Assembly (NCBI GenBank): GCA_963810915.1
Contig: CAWEPH010000004.1
Location: forward strand, 67,788 to 131,787
Origin: an uncultured Actinomycetes bacterium
Lineage (GTDB): Bacteria > Actinomycetota > UBA4738 > HRBIN12
Length of the DNA: 64,000 nt
Direction of reading: 5' to 3'
The notes below the pieces were generated by a model. It saw only the letters and a program-made list of their open reading frames with translations, ran no database searches and was not told the DNA's origin. Positions 63,592-64,000 of this stretch are shown in pieces (the stretch's first letter is position 1; each line of letters starts with the position of its first letter). The position numbers were made by a program, and so were the translations under genes.

Positions 63592-64000
63592 TGAAGGGCG
63601 GGCGGGTCGGGGACCCCGCGTCTCCGTCGACCGGGCCCATGGGGTCGATCAGTCGCCCGTCGCGCATCGCGACGGTCCGGTCCAGGCGCCGGGCCACGGC
63701 GGGCTCGTGGGTCACGAGCACGAGGGTCGCGCCTGCGTCTCGCTGGGCGGACAGCAGGAGTTCCACCACCGCCATGGCATTCCCGACGTCCAGCGAGCCG
63801 GTGGGCTCATCCGCGACGACGAGGTTCGGACGGTGGATGAGTGCGCGGGCCACGGCAACGCGCTGCCGCTGTCCCCCGGACATCTGGTCGGGGAACAGCC
63901 CCGCCTCCTCGGTCAGCCCCATCCGGTCCAGCAGCTCGAGGCCCCAGCCGTCGTCCGCAGCGCCGCTCAGCGATCGTTGCAGGTTCACGTTCTCCGCCGC
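63584..64000 (-). CDS. ABC transporter ATP-binding protein (MacB/LolD type), 5' end outside the window
   Basis: Signature MSGGQRQRVAVARAL, Walker B LVVADEPTGSLD, H-loop LVLVTHEP. No Walker A before the window edge. Stop overlaps the FtsX start. Confidence 0.85.
   Translation of the reverse strand, partial: AAENVNLQRSLSGAADDGWGLELLDRMGLTEEAGLFPDQMSGGQRQRVAVARALIHRPNLVVADEPTGSLDVGNAMAVVELLLSAQRDAGATLVLVTHEPAVARRLDRTVAMRDGRLIDPMGPVDGDAGSPTRPPFSA

Noticed and set aside
1-64000. Search by eye for tRNA/rRNA genes, CRISPR arrays, and IS, transposase, integrase or phage structural genes.
   Set aside because: I found no T-loop/acceptor-like tRNA patterns, no regularly spaced short repeats and no transposase or recombinase motifs in any tracked ORF. 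The two segmental duplications have no mobile-element flanks that I can see.

Overview
Very GC-rich, gene-dense window (judged by eye, not computed). Gene content and many 4-bp start/stop overlaps suggest an actinobacterial-type chromosome. I found no rRNA, tRNA, CRISPR array, transposase or integrase. About 55 protein-coding genes can be supported.

Main blocks:
- 74-2979: orphan membrane / vWA-like operon that ends in a tiny Pro-rich ORF.
- 3023-9163: conflict-system-like island. It holds two divergent membrane-anchored TIR genes, a DUF4231/SLATT 2TM gene and a SLOG-like::SLATT fusion, plus an orphan Cys-rich protein.
- 9209-15999: two convergent operons (papain-like C1 peptidase + chagasin-type inhibitor; haem peroxidase + NlpC/P60). 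Each is preceded by three GTGAYGN heptads at 11-bp phasing. A SARP/BTAD regulator and a Tat multicopper oxidase sit alongside.
- Redox/TetR/ECF-sigma housekeeping-type genes.
- Six class III nucleotidyl cyclase genes: three zinc-ribbon-cyclase-STAND-TPR giants, two Rv1264-like and one short. One operon also encodes a cNMP-binding transporter-like protein.
- A candidate M-box riboswitch in front of a tandem MgtE-TM transporter.
- A GntR/HutC-controlled Dpp-type ABC / cupin / Gfo-Idh-MocA / ROK cluster with a duplicated triple-TGGTC operator.
- Two exporter operons (ABC-2 and FtsX type).

Two recent internal segmental duplications are present, each with one decayed copy. At least eight genes need a single frame change, almost always consistent with a +1 insertion, to restore their domain architecture. 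That could be indel sequencing error or real gene decay; the sequence alone cannot decide.

All domain calls rest on motifs read from the supplied translations. No database search was run.
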